A stretch of DNA of 64,000 bases from an uncultured Pseudobdellovibrionaceae bacterium (GCA_964579625.1 CAZOGU010000003.1:4995-68994), one strand, 5' to 3'; positions 9,620-19,035 are shown, counted from the first letter of the stretch. Numbers and translations: made by a program. Notes: a model not told the origin generated them from the letters alone.

Positions 9620-11653
9620 TTAGGACATTAAACCCGATCGACGCAAAAGCGCCATCGGGTCGGGGTCGCGGCCACGAAAATCACGAAACAATTGCTCAGG
9701 CTCTGCAGTCCCGCCACGGCTTAGGATGCAATCGCGAAATTTCTTTGCGACCTCTTGATTGTAAATTCCCTTTTCTAAAAAAGCCTCAAAAGCATCGGCG
9801 TCGAGCACTTCGGCCCATTTGTAGCTATAATATCCCGCGGAATACCCACCCGCAAAAATATGCGAAAACGTGACCGAAAAATTGGTGTTAGGAATTCGTG
9901 GTAATACGGACAGTGGCGAGAGAATTTTTTCTTCCAACTCCATGGTTTTTAATTTTGTTCCAGGCACAACATCGTGCCAAGCCAAATCGACCAAGCAAAA
10001 ACTCAGTTGACGAAGGCTCGCGTAGCCGGCGTTAAAATTCTTACTTTTTTTAAGCTGTTTAAAGAGAGTTTCCGGAAGAGGAGCACCGGTTTGATAGTGT
10101 TTTGCAAACAGATCCAAAGTTTCTTTCTCGAGAGCCCAATTTTCCATGATTTGCGAAGGAAGTTCGACAAAATCCCAAAGCACATTGGTGCCAGCCAAAG
10201 ACGGGTAAGAGCAATCGGACAGCAGGCTGTGGAGGGCGTGACCGAACTCATGAAAGAGAGTTTGCACTTCATTAAAAGTCAAAAGCGATGGATTGTCTTT
10301 TGTGGGTTTTGAAAAGTTACAAACAATGCTCACATGCGGGCGATAGCGAGTTATGCCATCAGAGCCCTGCTCCAAAAAAGAGGTCATCCAAGCGCCACCG
10401 CGTTTGTTTTCGCGAGGAAAGACATCAAAATAAAGGAGACCAACAAATCCATTAGAGTCATGCACTTCGTATGTTTTAACATCTTCGTGGTAAGTAGGGA
10501 TGGACGAATTCACTTTAAATTCTAAGCCAAAAAGTTTTTGCGCGTGTAAAAAGAGCCCGGCAAGCGCCTTTTCCATTTGAAAATAAGGCCGCAAATCTTC
10601 TTCGCTAAACTGAAATAATTTTTCTTTGAGTTTTTCAGAATAATAAGCAAAATCCCAAGGCATGATTTCGGTTTCGCCCTCGAGCTCTTTGCGAAGTTGG
10701 CGAATGGCTTCGATTTCTTTTTCTGTGGCTGTGATCGAAGGTTTAAGAAGTTTTTCTAAAAACGTTTTCACCGTCGCGGTGGTTTTAGCCATTCGGCGCG
10801 ATAATACAAAATCAGCATGAGTTTTAAAACCCAGGAGCTGAGCGCGTGCGGCGCGCAGTTCGGCAAGGTGCTCGCAGAGTTCTGAGTTGCTAAATTCCCC
10901 GGTGAGAGAACGTTGGTTGGAGGCGAGCCACATCTGTCGACGGAGGTCGCGATTTTGTGCATAGGTCATAAAAGGAATATAACTTGGCGCTTGCAGCGAA
11001 AAAAACCAAGCCTCCGGTTCGTCCTTTTCTGTGGCGGCTTCTTTCGCGGCCAGCTTGGCCGAATCAGGCAAACCTGCAAGATCTGATTCCTTTGTGACTT
11101 TTAAAAGAAAGGCGTTTGTGGCCTTAAGAAGATTTTGGCCAAAGCGAGGAGTGAGCTGGGCCAATTCTTTATCGAGCTCACGCAATTTTTCTTTTAGTGC
11201 TTCATTGAGGAGGGCACCATTTCGGACGAAGTCTTCGTAGTATTTTTTAAGGAGCATTTTCTGCTCTTTGTTTAAGTTGAGAGAGTCCGCCTGATCATGC
11301 ACAGCTTTGATTTTAGCAAACAAACCAGCATCCAATTGGATGTCATTGCCATATTCAGCGAGTAAACCAGAAATGGCATCCGACTGCGCATCAATGTCGG
11401 GGTGGGTGCACGCATGCTGAAGATTAAAATACACGCCAGAGGCTCTTTCCAGAGGAAGGCTCGCAAACTCGAGCGCCTCGATTGTATTTTTAAAATCCGG
11501 CAGAGCTCGTTGGGTTTTTATTTTCTCGATGGCCGTTTTCGCTTGTTCGATGCCCGTGCGAATCACTTCGGTAAAGTGTTTGGGCTCGAGTTGGTTAAAG
11601 GGAATTGCACCGTAGGGAAGACCATTTTGGAGAGAAAAGAGTTGTAAATTCAT
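9620..11653 (-). CDS. dcp: M3-family zinc metallopeptidase, peptidyl-dipeptidase Dcp / oligopeptidase A type
   Basis: 677 aa with the HEFGHALH zinc motif and GGAWMTSFLEQGS. Overall layout resembles E. coli Dcp. Confidence 0.85.
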   Translation of the reverse strand: MNLQLFSLQNGLPYGAIPFNQLEPKHFTEVIRTGIEQAKTAIEKIKTQRALPDFKNTIEALEFASLPLERASGVYFNLQHACTHPDIDAQSDAISGLLAEYGNDIQLDAGLFAKIKAVHDQADSLNLNKEQKMLLKKYYEDFVRNGALLNEALKEKLRELDKELAQLTPRFGQNLLKATNAFLLKVTKESDLAGLPDSAKLAAKEAATEKDEPEAWFFSLQAPSYIPFMTYAQNRDLRRQMWLASNQRSLTGEFSNSELCEHLAELRAARAQLLGFKTHADFVLSRRMAKTTATVKTFLEKLLKPSITATEKEIEAIRQLRKELEGETEIMPWDFAYYSEKLKEKLFQFSEEDLRPYFQMEKALAGLFLHAQKLFGLEFKVNSSIPTYHEDVKTYEVHDSNGFVGLLYFDVFPRENKRGGAWMTSFLEQGSDGITRYRPHVSIVCNFSKPTKDNPSLLTFNEVQTLFHEFGHALHSLLSDCSYPSLAGTNVLWDFVELPSQIMENWALEKETLDLFAKHYQTGAPLPETLFKQLKKSKNFNAGYASLRQLSFCLVDLAWHDVVPGTKLKTMELEEKILSPLSVLPRIPNTNFSVTFSHIFAGGYSAGYYSYKWAEVLDADAFEAFLEKGIYNQEVAKKFRDCILSRGGTAEPEQLFRDFRGRDPDPMALLRRSGLMS

Positions 11654-11692
11654 TCGTTGAGACTAACAGGCTTCTCGAAAACTTTAAAGACT

Positions 11693-11856
11693 TAGGGCGT
11701 GTGGACAATTAAAAATCTGTCTATATGGACTTAAATTGATCTGACTCTTCGTTGCTCGTCGTCTTGTTAGCGCTTTGCTAGCAATTCCTCCTCGCGCCTC
11801 GATTCAAATCAATTTAAGTCCATTATAGACAGATTTTTAATTGTCCACACGCCCTA
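11693..11856. repeat. Foldback element copy 1: 48/49-bp arms around a ~67-nt core (MITE/ERIC-like)
   Basis: Left arm is TAGGGCGTGTGGACAATTAAAAATCTGTCTATATGGACTTAAATTGAT. The right arm is its reverse complement with one extra base. The core CTGACTCTTCGTTGCTCGTCGTCTTGTTAGCGCTTTGCTAGCAATTCCTCCTCGCGCCTCGATTCAA is shared with 15245-15405. Confidence 0.9.
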
Positions 11857-11866
11857 GGCCGCTGCG

Positions 11867-13762
11867 CTATCGAGGGGAGAGAATGACCTCGCGAGTCTCG
11901 TTCACGCGGACCGTGACGCGCGTCTCTTTGCTCGCACCAGAGATGGGATTCACTGATTTTAAAATGATTTCTTTGTCAGCGTCGACAACCAGCTTTTCGC
12001 CGTTTTTCAACTTCTGGGAGCCCATATAAGCTTCGCCGCCCACAATTCGAACAATGATCGCACCAGAGGGAATACTGGTCAGTTTGTAAGACACAAAATT
12101 ACCTGGCGGCAATCCATTATAACGACGTGTTTCACTGCGATAGCCGTTCATCGAGATAGACACAGTAAACGGCTTGTCGGTATTGACCTCAACCTCTGCT
12201 GGGGTCATTTGATTGGTGGGTTGAGAGTTCACATAAATATGAGCCCCAATTGGATCACTGGTGATTTTGAGTTTTGGAATTTTAGAAGCAAGCAAGGACT
12301 GCCCAGCAACGTTTTGATCTTGAAAGCAGCTCAATGGAACACCAAAAGATTTGAGCTGCAGGCAGGGCTTTGCAACAAGGTGAGGGCGAAACTCGTTGAT
12401 CGCGCCAAAACCACCAATCAAAATCGCAATCGCCAAAAAGAAAGCCCCAAACACCGAAGAAGCATTTGAGCTTGGAATATTTTGAATGCGAATATTGGGT
12501 TGCGATGGTCTGCTTGGAATGGATCTTTGTGAGACTGAACCTAAGCCTGAGTAGTTGGGAGCCTGACTGACGCTTAAATGCGACTGACTGATCTCGCCCA
12601 GCTGAGACATATTTGTCGTCAGTGTCGGTTGTCCGATTTTTTTAATTTCGAGATCTTCGAAGTTCATTTTTTCCGTGGTGTTTTTTGAGTAAGTGATCGA
12701 CTGCGTGACCACATCAGTGCGTGTATTTTTTTCGATGTACTGTTGAGAGTGGGACTGCTGTGGTGGCTCGACCACATGAGGAATATCAATTTTAGAATAG
12801 GCCACCTGGCGTTTACGTGCGTCGATGATTTCTTCGGAATAAGTTTCTTTAATAAACTCACTAAAATCCTGGCTCGAAAAATCCGGATTGTAACGATTTA
12901 GAAAACTCTGAAGATCTTTTTGCAGCTCGGCCGCGGTTTGGTAGCGCTGAGCTTTGTTGCGAGTGAGGGCTTTGTTAACAATTTTTTCGATTTCGATCGG
13001 GATATTGGGATCGATCTGGCGAAGACTTGGGATTTTGCAATCGCGAATCTTGCGTAAGGTGGTCATCTCGTTATTGCTCAAGAACAAGCGTTGCTCGCTG
13101 AGCATTTCCCAAATCATGATTCCCATGGCAAAAATATCTGTACGTCCATCCACCTCAAGTCCGTCGACTTGCTCGGGGCTCATGTAACCAAATTTTCCCT
13201 TGAGGGTTCCAACGCGGGTGTTTTCCTGCTGAGTTGTGGATTTGGCGATCCCAAAATCGATAATTTTAACTTCGCCTTCAAAACTCACCATCACGTTTTG
13301 CGGACTCATATCACGGTGGATAATGTTGAGTGGTTCTCCGGTGGTTGCATCGATAAGGCGGTGGGCGTGATCGAGGCCCGCGGCGATCATTTTTGAGGCG
13401 TAGACAATATGGCTGATCGAGAAGCGTTTGTGCAATTGTTTCAGACGATTGAGAATTTGTCGCAGGTTTTTTCCTTCGACATATTCCATAACGATGTAAA
13501 GCTGCTTGTTTTCGATCCCGAAGTCATGAATTCCCACCACGTTACTGTGCGAGAGATTGACGGCGATTTTGGCTTCGTCTTTAAACATGCGAATAAAATC
13601 TTCGGAGGCTGAATGCTGGGATAAAATTCTTTTAACGGCGACAAATTTTTGCAAACCTTCGGCGGCTAATTTTTTCGAAAGATAAATCTCGGCCATGCCA
13701 CCAGCCGCTAGCTTTTCGAGAAGGATGTAATTACCAAATCTTTCAAATTTCTCTTGTGCCAA
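11867..13762 (-). CDS. Hanks-type Ser/Thr protein kinase with a TM segment and a C-terminal PEGA-like domain
   Basis: 631 aa. Kinase motifs are GGMAEIY...VAVKRIL, HRDMSPQNVMV, DFGIAK and GYMSPEQ. TM segment is VFGAFFLAIAILIGGFGAI. The C-terminal ITSDPIGAHIYVNSQP... is PEGA-like. Confidence 0.9.
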   Translation of the reverse strand: MAQEKFERFGNYILLEKLAAGGMAEIYLSKKLAAEGLQKFVAVKRILSQHSASEDFIRMFKDEAKIAVNLSHSNVVGIHDFGIENKQLYIVMEYVEGKNLRQILNRLKQLHKRFSISHIVYASKMIAAGLDHAHRLIDATTGEPLNIIHRDMSPQNVMVSFEGEVKIIDFGIAKSTTQQENTRVGTLKGKFGYMSPEQVDGLEVDGRTDIFAMGIMIWEMLSEQRLFLSNNEMTTLRKIRDCKIPSLRQIDPNIPIEIEKIVNKALTRNKAQRYQTAAELQKDLQSFLNRYNPDFSSQDFSEFIKETYSEEIIDARKRQVAYSKIDIPHVVEPPQQSHSQQYIEKNTRTDVVTQSITYSKNTTEKMNFEDLEIKKIGQPTLTTNMSQLGEISQSHLSVSQAPNYSGLGSVSQRSIPSRPSQPNIRIQNIPSSNASSVFGAFFLAIAILIGGFGAINEFRPHLVAKPCLQLKSFGVPLSCFQDQNVAGQSLLASKIPKLKITSDPIGAHIYVNSQPTNQMTPAEVEVNTDKPFTVSISMNGYRSETRRYNGLPPGNFVSYKLTSIPSGAIIVRIVGGEAYMGSQKLKNGEKLVVDADKEIILKSVNPISGASKETRVTVRVNETREVILSPR

Positions 13763-13851
13763 AGGGAGTCCTCTTTTACTCTTTCTTTATCGGTTACGAA
13801 CCGGAAAAGAATGAGAAGTTTTAAACACTTCCACCAACAACTGGACCTTGG

Positions 13852-14460
13852 ATGAAGATGAAATGGATTGGGCTCACAGGCGGAATCGCGACCGGCAAAT
13901 CCACGGTTGCAAATTTATTCCAAAAAAAGGGAATTCCCGTTATTGATGCTGACGTCATTGCCCACAGGGCTTTGGTCGCGTCGAGTCCAGTTTTTGCGGA
14001 GTTGATCGCGACGTTTGGGCAAAATATTGTCGGGAGCGATGGAAATATCGATCGCAAACTCTTGGGTCAAAAGATTTTTCAGGACTCAAAAGCTCGTCTT
14101 CGTCTCGACAGTATCGTTCATCCTTTTGTACGAAACCAGGTGGCGATCGAAAAACAGAAGTTGATTCAAAATGGTACACCCATGGCGATTTATGATATTC
14201 CTCTCCTCTTCGAAAAAAAGATGCAAGGTGATTTCGATCTCGTCGTTGTTGTCAGTTGTGATTTAAAAATCCAAAAAGACCGATTGATGAAAAGAAATTC
14301 TCTCTCATCCCAAGAAGCCAACCAAAGAATGGCAGCACAACTTCCGCTCAGTGAAAAAACAAAACGCGCTGATCACGTGATCGATAACAGCGGCACGCTC
14401 GTCGACTTAGAAAAGCAAGTGGATACTTTTCTCAAAAGTGTTACGTACTCATTTCCTTAA
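13852..14460 (+). CDS. coaE: Dephospho-CoA kinase
   Basis: 202 aa with IGLTGGIATGKSTV P-loop, typical CoaE length and layout. Confidence 0.9.
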   Translation: MKMKWIGLTGGIATGKSTVANLFQKKGIPVIDADVIAHRALVASSPVFAELIATFGQNIVGSDGNIDRKLLGQKIFQDSKARLRLDSIVHPFVRNQVAIEKQKLIQNGTPMAIYDIPLLFEKKMQGDFDLVVVVSCDLKIQKDRLMKRNSLSSQEANQRMAAQLPLSEKTKRADHVIDNSGTLVDLEKQVDTFLKSVTYSFP

Positions 14461-14465
14461 GTGTT

Positions 14466-14587
14466 CAGCAGCAGCTACGGCATCAGAAGCGGTTTCAGTT
14501 CAGTTTGTGAGTTTAAGGGCTTAAATAATGAACTCATCACAGCTGAAAACTGAACTGAAACTGTTGCAGATACTGTGACTGCTGCTG
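14466..14587. repeat. Long imperfect hairpin between convergent genes
   Basis: CAGCAGCAG...TTTCAGTTCAGTT...TGTGAGTT pairs with AACTCATCACA...AACTGAACTGAAA...CTGCTGCTG. There are perfect blocks of 9 and 13 bp, but the 18-nt block between them pairs at only 10/18, and there is a bulge. Confidence 0.6.
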
Positions 14588-14602
14588 CCAACCTCTTCTC
14601 AC

Positions 14603-15223
14603 CTAGAATTGCAAAGTGTAACCGAGCAGTGCCTTGCCATACGCGCTTTCCAAGCCTTGATGGAAGCTGAGTTCAAAGCGCATGTTTTGTCTCTTGAGCA
14701 GTTGGAACTCCCAGCCGCCGGCTAAAAATAAATGATACGAATCCAAATCGACAAGCGGTCGCAGTTCGCGATCGGCATCAAGAATCAAACTGACTCCTCC
14801 ACCCCAGTAAAGGCGATAAAGATTTCGAGTCGGTAAACTGTGCGCAGCCAATTGAATCCAGCCAATATCTTCGTGAAGATCAACACCAATTTGAAATCGC
14901 GTCGTCGCAGTCATCCATGGGGCGGCATGAATTCCAACCCAACCGCTGTGATCTTCTTCGCTCACTTCGTAACCTCGACTGAGGGCGAGGGTTACGCTGG
15001 GGCGAGGTTCAAGGTGATAGGTTGGTGCTTTGGGTTGAGGGTGAATGCGTTGTTCTGGATCTAAGCCCGATTGCTCCATATCGACTTTTTTTGTCTCTGG
15101 GGGAGGTGTTTCTTGCTGAGGTGAGGGGGCCACATAAGTATGATCTGTCGGGGGTTTTGCATTCGCCACTGACAAACACAACCAAATGCCTAGGTTGCAA
15201 AGAAGAAAGATTTGTTTCGTCAT
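14603..15223 (-). CDS. Small secreted protein, probably an outer-membrane beta-barrel
   Basis: Start moved to MTKQIFLLCNLGIWLCLSVANA. The upstream 12 codons lie inside the foldback repeat. Signal peptide present. C-terminus ...LLGYTLQF has the terminal-Phe OMP signature. Confidence 0.6.
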   Translation of the reverse strand: MTKQIFLLCNLGIWLCLSVANAKPPTDHTYVAPSPQQETPPPETKKVDMEQSGLDPEQRIHPQPKAPTYHLEPRPSVTLALSRGYEVSEEDHSGWVGIHAAPWMTATTRFQIGVDLHEDIGWIQLAAHSLPTRNLYRLYWGGGVSLILDADRELRPLVDLDSYHLFLAGGWEFQLLKRQNMRFELSFHQGLESAYGKALLGYTLQF

Positions 15224-15244
15224 AAAATTATTATACTCTTTAAG

Positions 15245-15405
15245 AGGGCGTGTGGACAATTAAAAGTGTGTCTATATGTTTTAAAATTGATCTGACTCTT
15301 CGTTGCTCGTCGTCTTGTTAGCGCGTTGCTAGCAATTCCTCCTCGCGCCTCGATTCAGATCAATTTTAAAACATATAGACACACTTTTAATTATCCACAC
15401 GCCCT
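15245..15405. repeat. Foldback element copy 2: 51-bp arms with 1 mismatch, same core as copy 1
   Basis: Left arm is AGGGCGTGTGGACAATTAAAAGTGTGTCTATATGTTTTAAAATTGATCTGA, and the right arm is its reverse complement with one C/T difference. The core differs from copy 1 at only 2 positions. Same orientation as copy 1. Confidence 0.9.
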
Positions 15406-15447
15406 AGAACCGACTCAACGATAATCAGTTTGTTTCACAAGGATGTG

Positions 15448-16602
15448 ATGATGTTGCGCTTTGTTTTTATTATTTTTGCGGTTTCCTACTTTTTCGTTCG
15501 AACGTCGTTTGCTCAACAAGCGCTTTATTTTGGAATTCACCAGCAGTTTCAGTCGACACGTGCGCTGGGGATGGGAAATGCGCATGTGGCCGTGGCCGAT
15601 GACGAAAACGCGATTTTTTATAATCCGGCAGGAACACTTCGCTCCAAAGATCGTAAGATGAACTTTTTTTTAAAAGCAGGGGGCGATCCCGATATCAAAG
15701 ACTTTATGGATGAAATCAAAACGGCACAAGACGCCGCCGACTCTTCGCAGGCAATCGGTGATTTGATTGCATCGAAGTATGGACAGCACTATGCGCTTCG
15801 AGCGCCTTCATTGGGATTTATTTGGGCCACTCCAAAATGGTCACTCGCTTTAATTCCGGCTGACGTCACTGTCGAAATGGGTTTGCATCAAACAGTGGGG
15901 CCATCGATCAACCTAGTGGCTTTTCAAGATACAACTTTGGCTTACTCGCGCGCTTGGAATATGAAAAAAATGCGCTATGGACGACTGGATATGGGCGCAA
16001 CAGCCAAGGTGATTTATCGCGGCCACCTCGATAAAATTGTTAGCATCGTCGATATTCAAAACGACAATGTTATTAAAAAAGAAGATAGCAACGAAGGCAT
16101 GACGGCGGATTTGGACTTTGGAATGCTATGGCAGGCCCCCGAATACACTTCGGGATTTTTTAGTTATCTGCAACCGAGTCTTGGAATGAATGTGCGCAAC
16201 ATCGTCGACGCTGGATATTTTTCGAACCTTAAACTGTTTGCGGATGATAAAACAGGAGAGCCAGAAAAACTTCATCGTATGCTTGATGTTGGGACAGCGT
16301 TTAAGCTTCCAAACTGGTGGTTGTGGTCGTCAAAACTCGCGATTGATGTTCGCGATATTTTTCACCCCAATTGGACCTGGGAAAAGGGTTTGCACGCCGG
16401 TCTGGAGTTCAACTGGGAGATGTTTTCTTGGTGGAAAGGCGGCTGGCGCGTGGGGATGAATCAAATGTATTTTACCGCCGGCTTCACTGGGCAACTGTCC
16501 GTTTTTAAGCTCGATTTGGCCACTTTCGGCCGCGAAATCGGCACCTCATCAGCCAAAACAGAAGACCGCGTCTACATGCTCACAGCGAGTATCGACTTTT
16601 AG
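15448..16602 (+). CDS. PorV/FadL-like outer-membrane beta-barrel protein (paralogue 1 of 3)
   Basis: Start taken at ATG 15448, after AAGGA. Signal peptide present. N-terminal RALGMGNAHVAVADDENAIFYNPAG motif. C-terminal EDRVYMLTASIDF. Confidence 0.7.
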   Translation: MMLRFVFIIFAVSYFFVRTSFAQQALYFGIHQQFQSTRALGMGNAHVAVADDENAIFYNPAGTLRSKDRKMNFFLKAGGDPDIKDFMDEIKTAQDAADSSQAIGDLIASKYGQHYALRAPSLGFIWATPKWSLALIPADVTVEMGLHQTVGPSINLVAFQDTTLAYSRAWNMKKMRYGRLDMGATAKVIYRGHLDKIVSIVDIQNDNVIKKEDSNEGMTADLDFGMLWQAPEYTSGFFSYLQPSLGMNVRNIVDAGYFSNLKLFADDKTGEPEKLHRMLDVGTAFKLPNWWLWSSKLAIDVRDIFHPNWTWEKGLHAGLEFNWEMFSWWKGGWRVGMNQMYFTAGFTGQLSVFKLDLATFGREIGTSSAKTEDRVYMLTASIDF

Positions 16603-16770
16603 GGAATTCCTACACTGTGAGTTGGTCTCTTTAACGAATCCAAGCAAAGGAAGCTAAATCCTTCCTCTAAACTGGAAAATTTCTACAATTAAGTACATTT
16701 TGTTCCACAGAACTCCATTCATTGGATATGAACACGTCTTTCCGGGGTTGATTCTTCCTGAGGGGTGTTT

Positions 16771-18153
16771 ATGAAAATGGGTGCTTTTTTAATAGTCTTT
16801 TTTTCTTTGTTTCTTATGAAACCGATTGTCCACGCGGATGAAGTTCGTTACATCGCATATGATGAGCAATTTATTGCCGCAGTTGTTTCGTCGATTGAAT
16901 CCGCAAAAAAATCCATCGATATTGCGTACTTTATTTATGAACCCTGCCATCCTTCCACCAAGTTTGTGCGCCAACTTCTTGTTAAAAAAGCAAGTCAGGG
17001 AGTTCGAGTCCGTTTTTTGTTGGATGCCTTTATGTACAAGAAAAAAATGCGTCAAGCGATGGCACGGGACTTCGCAGATTCTGGTATTGAGTTTAAATTT
17101 TATAATCCCAAACCCCTCGTCAATCCGGCCGTGAATTTTCGAATGCATGTCAAATTGCTTTTGGTCGATAAAAAATCGTACATCTCTGGGGGAAGAAATA
17201 TTGCCGACGAATATTTTGGACTTTCTCCCGTTTACAATTTTATAGATGCGGATGTGTGGGTGACAGGGCGTTCTGCAACGCAAGTCTCAGCGTCTTTTGA
17301 AGAGTTGTGGAACGATCGATGGTCGCGATCAGTGAAGCTCAAAAAGGGCCCGTCCCTTGCTGAGCTATGCCAACAGAGCGAAGCCCCTCAAGACGAAAAG
17401 TGGACGAAACGGGTTCACAAATTTATGGGGCAAACAGCCAGCAAAGTGACACCTCGGATGACCAAACATTCGTGTCAGGCGCGTTTTGTCAGTGATGATC
17501 CGCAATTTTATAAATATCCAAGTCAAGCAAACTCAGAAGATAAGAACACGCCCATTCTTGGCGGGAAAAGATTACAAGCGAAGCGAGCCACTGTCGAATT
17601 TTTAGATTTTATTGGTCAAACACAAGAGAGCTTAGAACTCGAAAACTGGTCGTACATGCCACTCGATTTTATCAACCAGGAGCTGCGAAATTTACGACAA
17701 CAAAACATTCCCATTTTAGTGATGACAAACATGGATGCCGACAACAACGGCGTGATTAAAAATGCCGAGGATTTTTTAAATCATCGGTTTGCCAAACGCG
17801 ATACAGAAGACTCACAAATTGTGATTCAGTTGGCCTCACGCGGGCATCTTTCGGATCGTCATGCCCTCACACCTAAAAAAAGCTACTTTCGTTTGCATCA
17901 AAAGACGGGGCTTCGCGATCATCGCGATATCATGGTGGGGTCTTTTAATATCGATCCACGCTCTTATCACACCAATCTTGAGTCCATAGTGATTTTTGAG
18001 GGGTGCCGATCTTTTGCCAAGGAGTACGCGCAGCATGCCTCGGACTTGGTGCGGACTTATAACAAAGATTATGAGACGGGTTATCACAAAACCCCTCCAC
18101 CTCCAAAACTCGGGACCATTTTATTCTCCTTCTTTGGCTTCGACTTTTTGTGA
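16771..18153 (+). CDS. Secreted phospholipase-D superfamily protein (two HKD motifs)
   Basis: Start at ATG 16771, after GAGGGG. Signal peptide present. HKD motifs are HVKLLLVD..GGRNI and HQKTGLRD..GSFNIDPRS. Confidence 0.85.
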   Translation: MKMGAFLIVFFSLFLMKPIVHADEVRYIAYDEQFIAAVVSSIESAKKSIDIAYFIYEPCHPSTKFVRQLLVKKASQGVRVRFLLDAFMYKKKMRQAMARDFADSGIEFKFYNPKPLVNPAVNFRMHVKLLLVDKKSYISGGRNIADEYFGLSPVYNFIDADVWVTGRSATQVSASFEELWNDRWSRSVKLKKGPSLAELCQQSEAPQDEKWTKRVHKFMGQTASKVTPRMTKHSCQARFVSDDPQFYKYPSQANSEDKNTPILGGKRLQAKRATVEFLDFIGQTQESLELENWSYMPLDFINQELRNLRQQNIPILVMTNMDADNNGVIKNAEDFLNHRFAKRDTEDSQIVIQLASRGHLSDRHALTPKKSYFRLHQKTGLRDHRDIMVGSFNIDPRSYHTNLESIVIFEGCRSFAKEYAQHASDLVRTYNKDYETGYHKTPPPPKLGTILFSFFGFDFL

Positions 18154-18170
18154 TCGGCAAATGAGCTCCC

Positions 18171-18276
18171 CCGAAAAGGTGCCAAGCCTTTTCCGGCAAT
18201 ATATACGATTTGGGCCCAATTTGGGTTATATCTAAGTCCTTGTTTGTGCCCAAGTCGTATATATTGCCGGAAAAGG
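18171..18276. repeat. Palindromic element: 29-bp stem (one G-T) plus a third upstream GAAAAGG copy
   Basis: CCTTTTCCGGCAATATATACGATTTGGGC (18187-18215) pairs with GCCCAAGTCGTATATATTGCCGGAAAAGG (18248-18276). CCGAAAAGG at 18171 can also pair with 18187-18196. Confidence 0.8.
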
Positions 18277-18378
18277 GACATGGTACCTAATTATCGAGCA
18301 GGACTTTGATTGACGAACTCCCCTGCCTTGTGGGATACAAACCCTTCAAATTAATGTGTATTTAATGAAAGGTACATA

Positions 18379-19011
18379 ATGGCAGCAACAAAAAGACGTG
18401 CTCGTTTCAGAATTCAAAGACGCCTTGGGGTTGAACTTCCCGGACTTGGAAAAGCCGGAGCCCTTGAGAGACGTCCTTATCCTCCTGGACAGCATGGAAA
18501 CAAGCGTAAAAAGTTTTCGAACTACGCCCTTCAGCTCGAAGAGAAACAAAAAGTCATGTTTCACTACGGGCTTCGCGAAAAACAACTGCGTCGCTTTATT
18601 CGTGACGCACAAAAAGGAAGCGCTGATAAAAACTGGATCAGTCAGCTCGCAGGTCGTTTAGAACTGCGAATTGATAATTTTGTTTTTAGAGCCGGCTTCG
18701 CTCCAAGTATCATGTCCGCCCGTCAAATGGTGAGTCATGGTCATGTTTTCGTGAATGGAAAAAAGGTGAGCGTTGGTTCGGTGGTATTAAAAGTCGGTGA
18801 CGTTGTGACGTTGAGAGAAGACTCTTATCAACATCAGTGTTACCTCAAAGCAAAACAAGGTCCACGCCTTGAACTTCCAGATTACATCGAAAAATCGGAA
18901 GTTTCAGGCAAAGAAGTGGCGAAAGTGAAGATGGTTCCTGGAACAGAATTCTTCCCATTCCCATTCTCTGCAAACCTATTTGCGGAATACTACTCACTTC
19001 GTAGCGTTTAA
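18379..19011 (+). CDS. rpsD: 30S ribosomal protein S4
   Basis: 210 aa with RFRIQRRLG...PGQHG...LQLEEKQK..YGLREKQLRRF and a C-terminal S4 RNA-binding domain. Monocistronic. Confidence 0.95.
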   Translation: MAATKRRARFRIQRRLGVELPGLGKAGALERRPYPPGQHGNKRKKFSNYALQLEEKQKVMFHYGLREKQLRRFIRDAQKGSADKNWISQLAGRLELRIDNFVFRAGFAPSIMSARQMVSHGHVFVNGKKVSVGSVVLKVGDVVTLREDSYQHQCYLKAKQGPRLELPDYIEKSEVSGKEVAKVKMVPGTEFFPFPFSANLFAEYYSLRSV

Positions 19012-19035
19012 TTACGATCACGAAAATGAAAAACG

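Noticed and set aside
11841-15259. ORFs beginning MSTRP... at both foldback copies (11841-12029 plus, and the 15259 start of the 14603 gene).
   Set aside because: Both start codons (TTG) and first codons come from the conserved repeat terminus TTGTCCACACGCCCT. This is a repeat-derived artefact. The 14603 gene has a proper signal-peptide start at 15223.
11693-15405. Possibility that the two foldback copies form a composite mobile element carrying the kinase-coaE-OMP genes.
   Set aside because: No transposase or integrase is present. coaE is an essential housekeeping gene. No convincing target-site duplications are visible: the flanks are TA/TA at copy 1 but GA/TA at copy 2. Independent insertions into neighbouring gaps are more likely.
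11693-15405. CRISPR array.
   Set aside because: There are only two copies, 3.4 kb apart and separated by genes. The repeats are 160 bp and palindromic, and there are no cas genes. No other regularly spaced short repeats were seen anywhere in the window.
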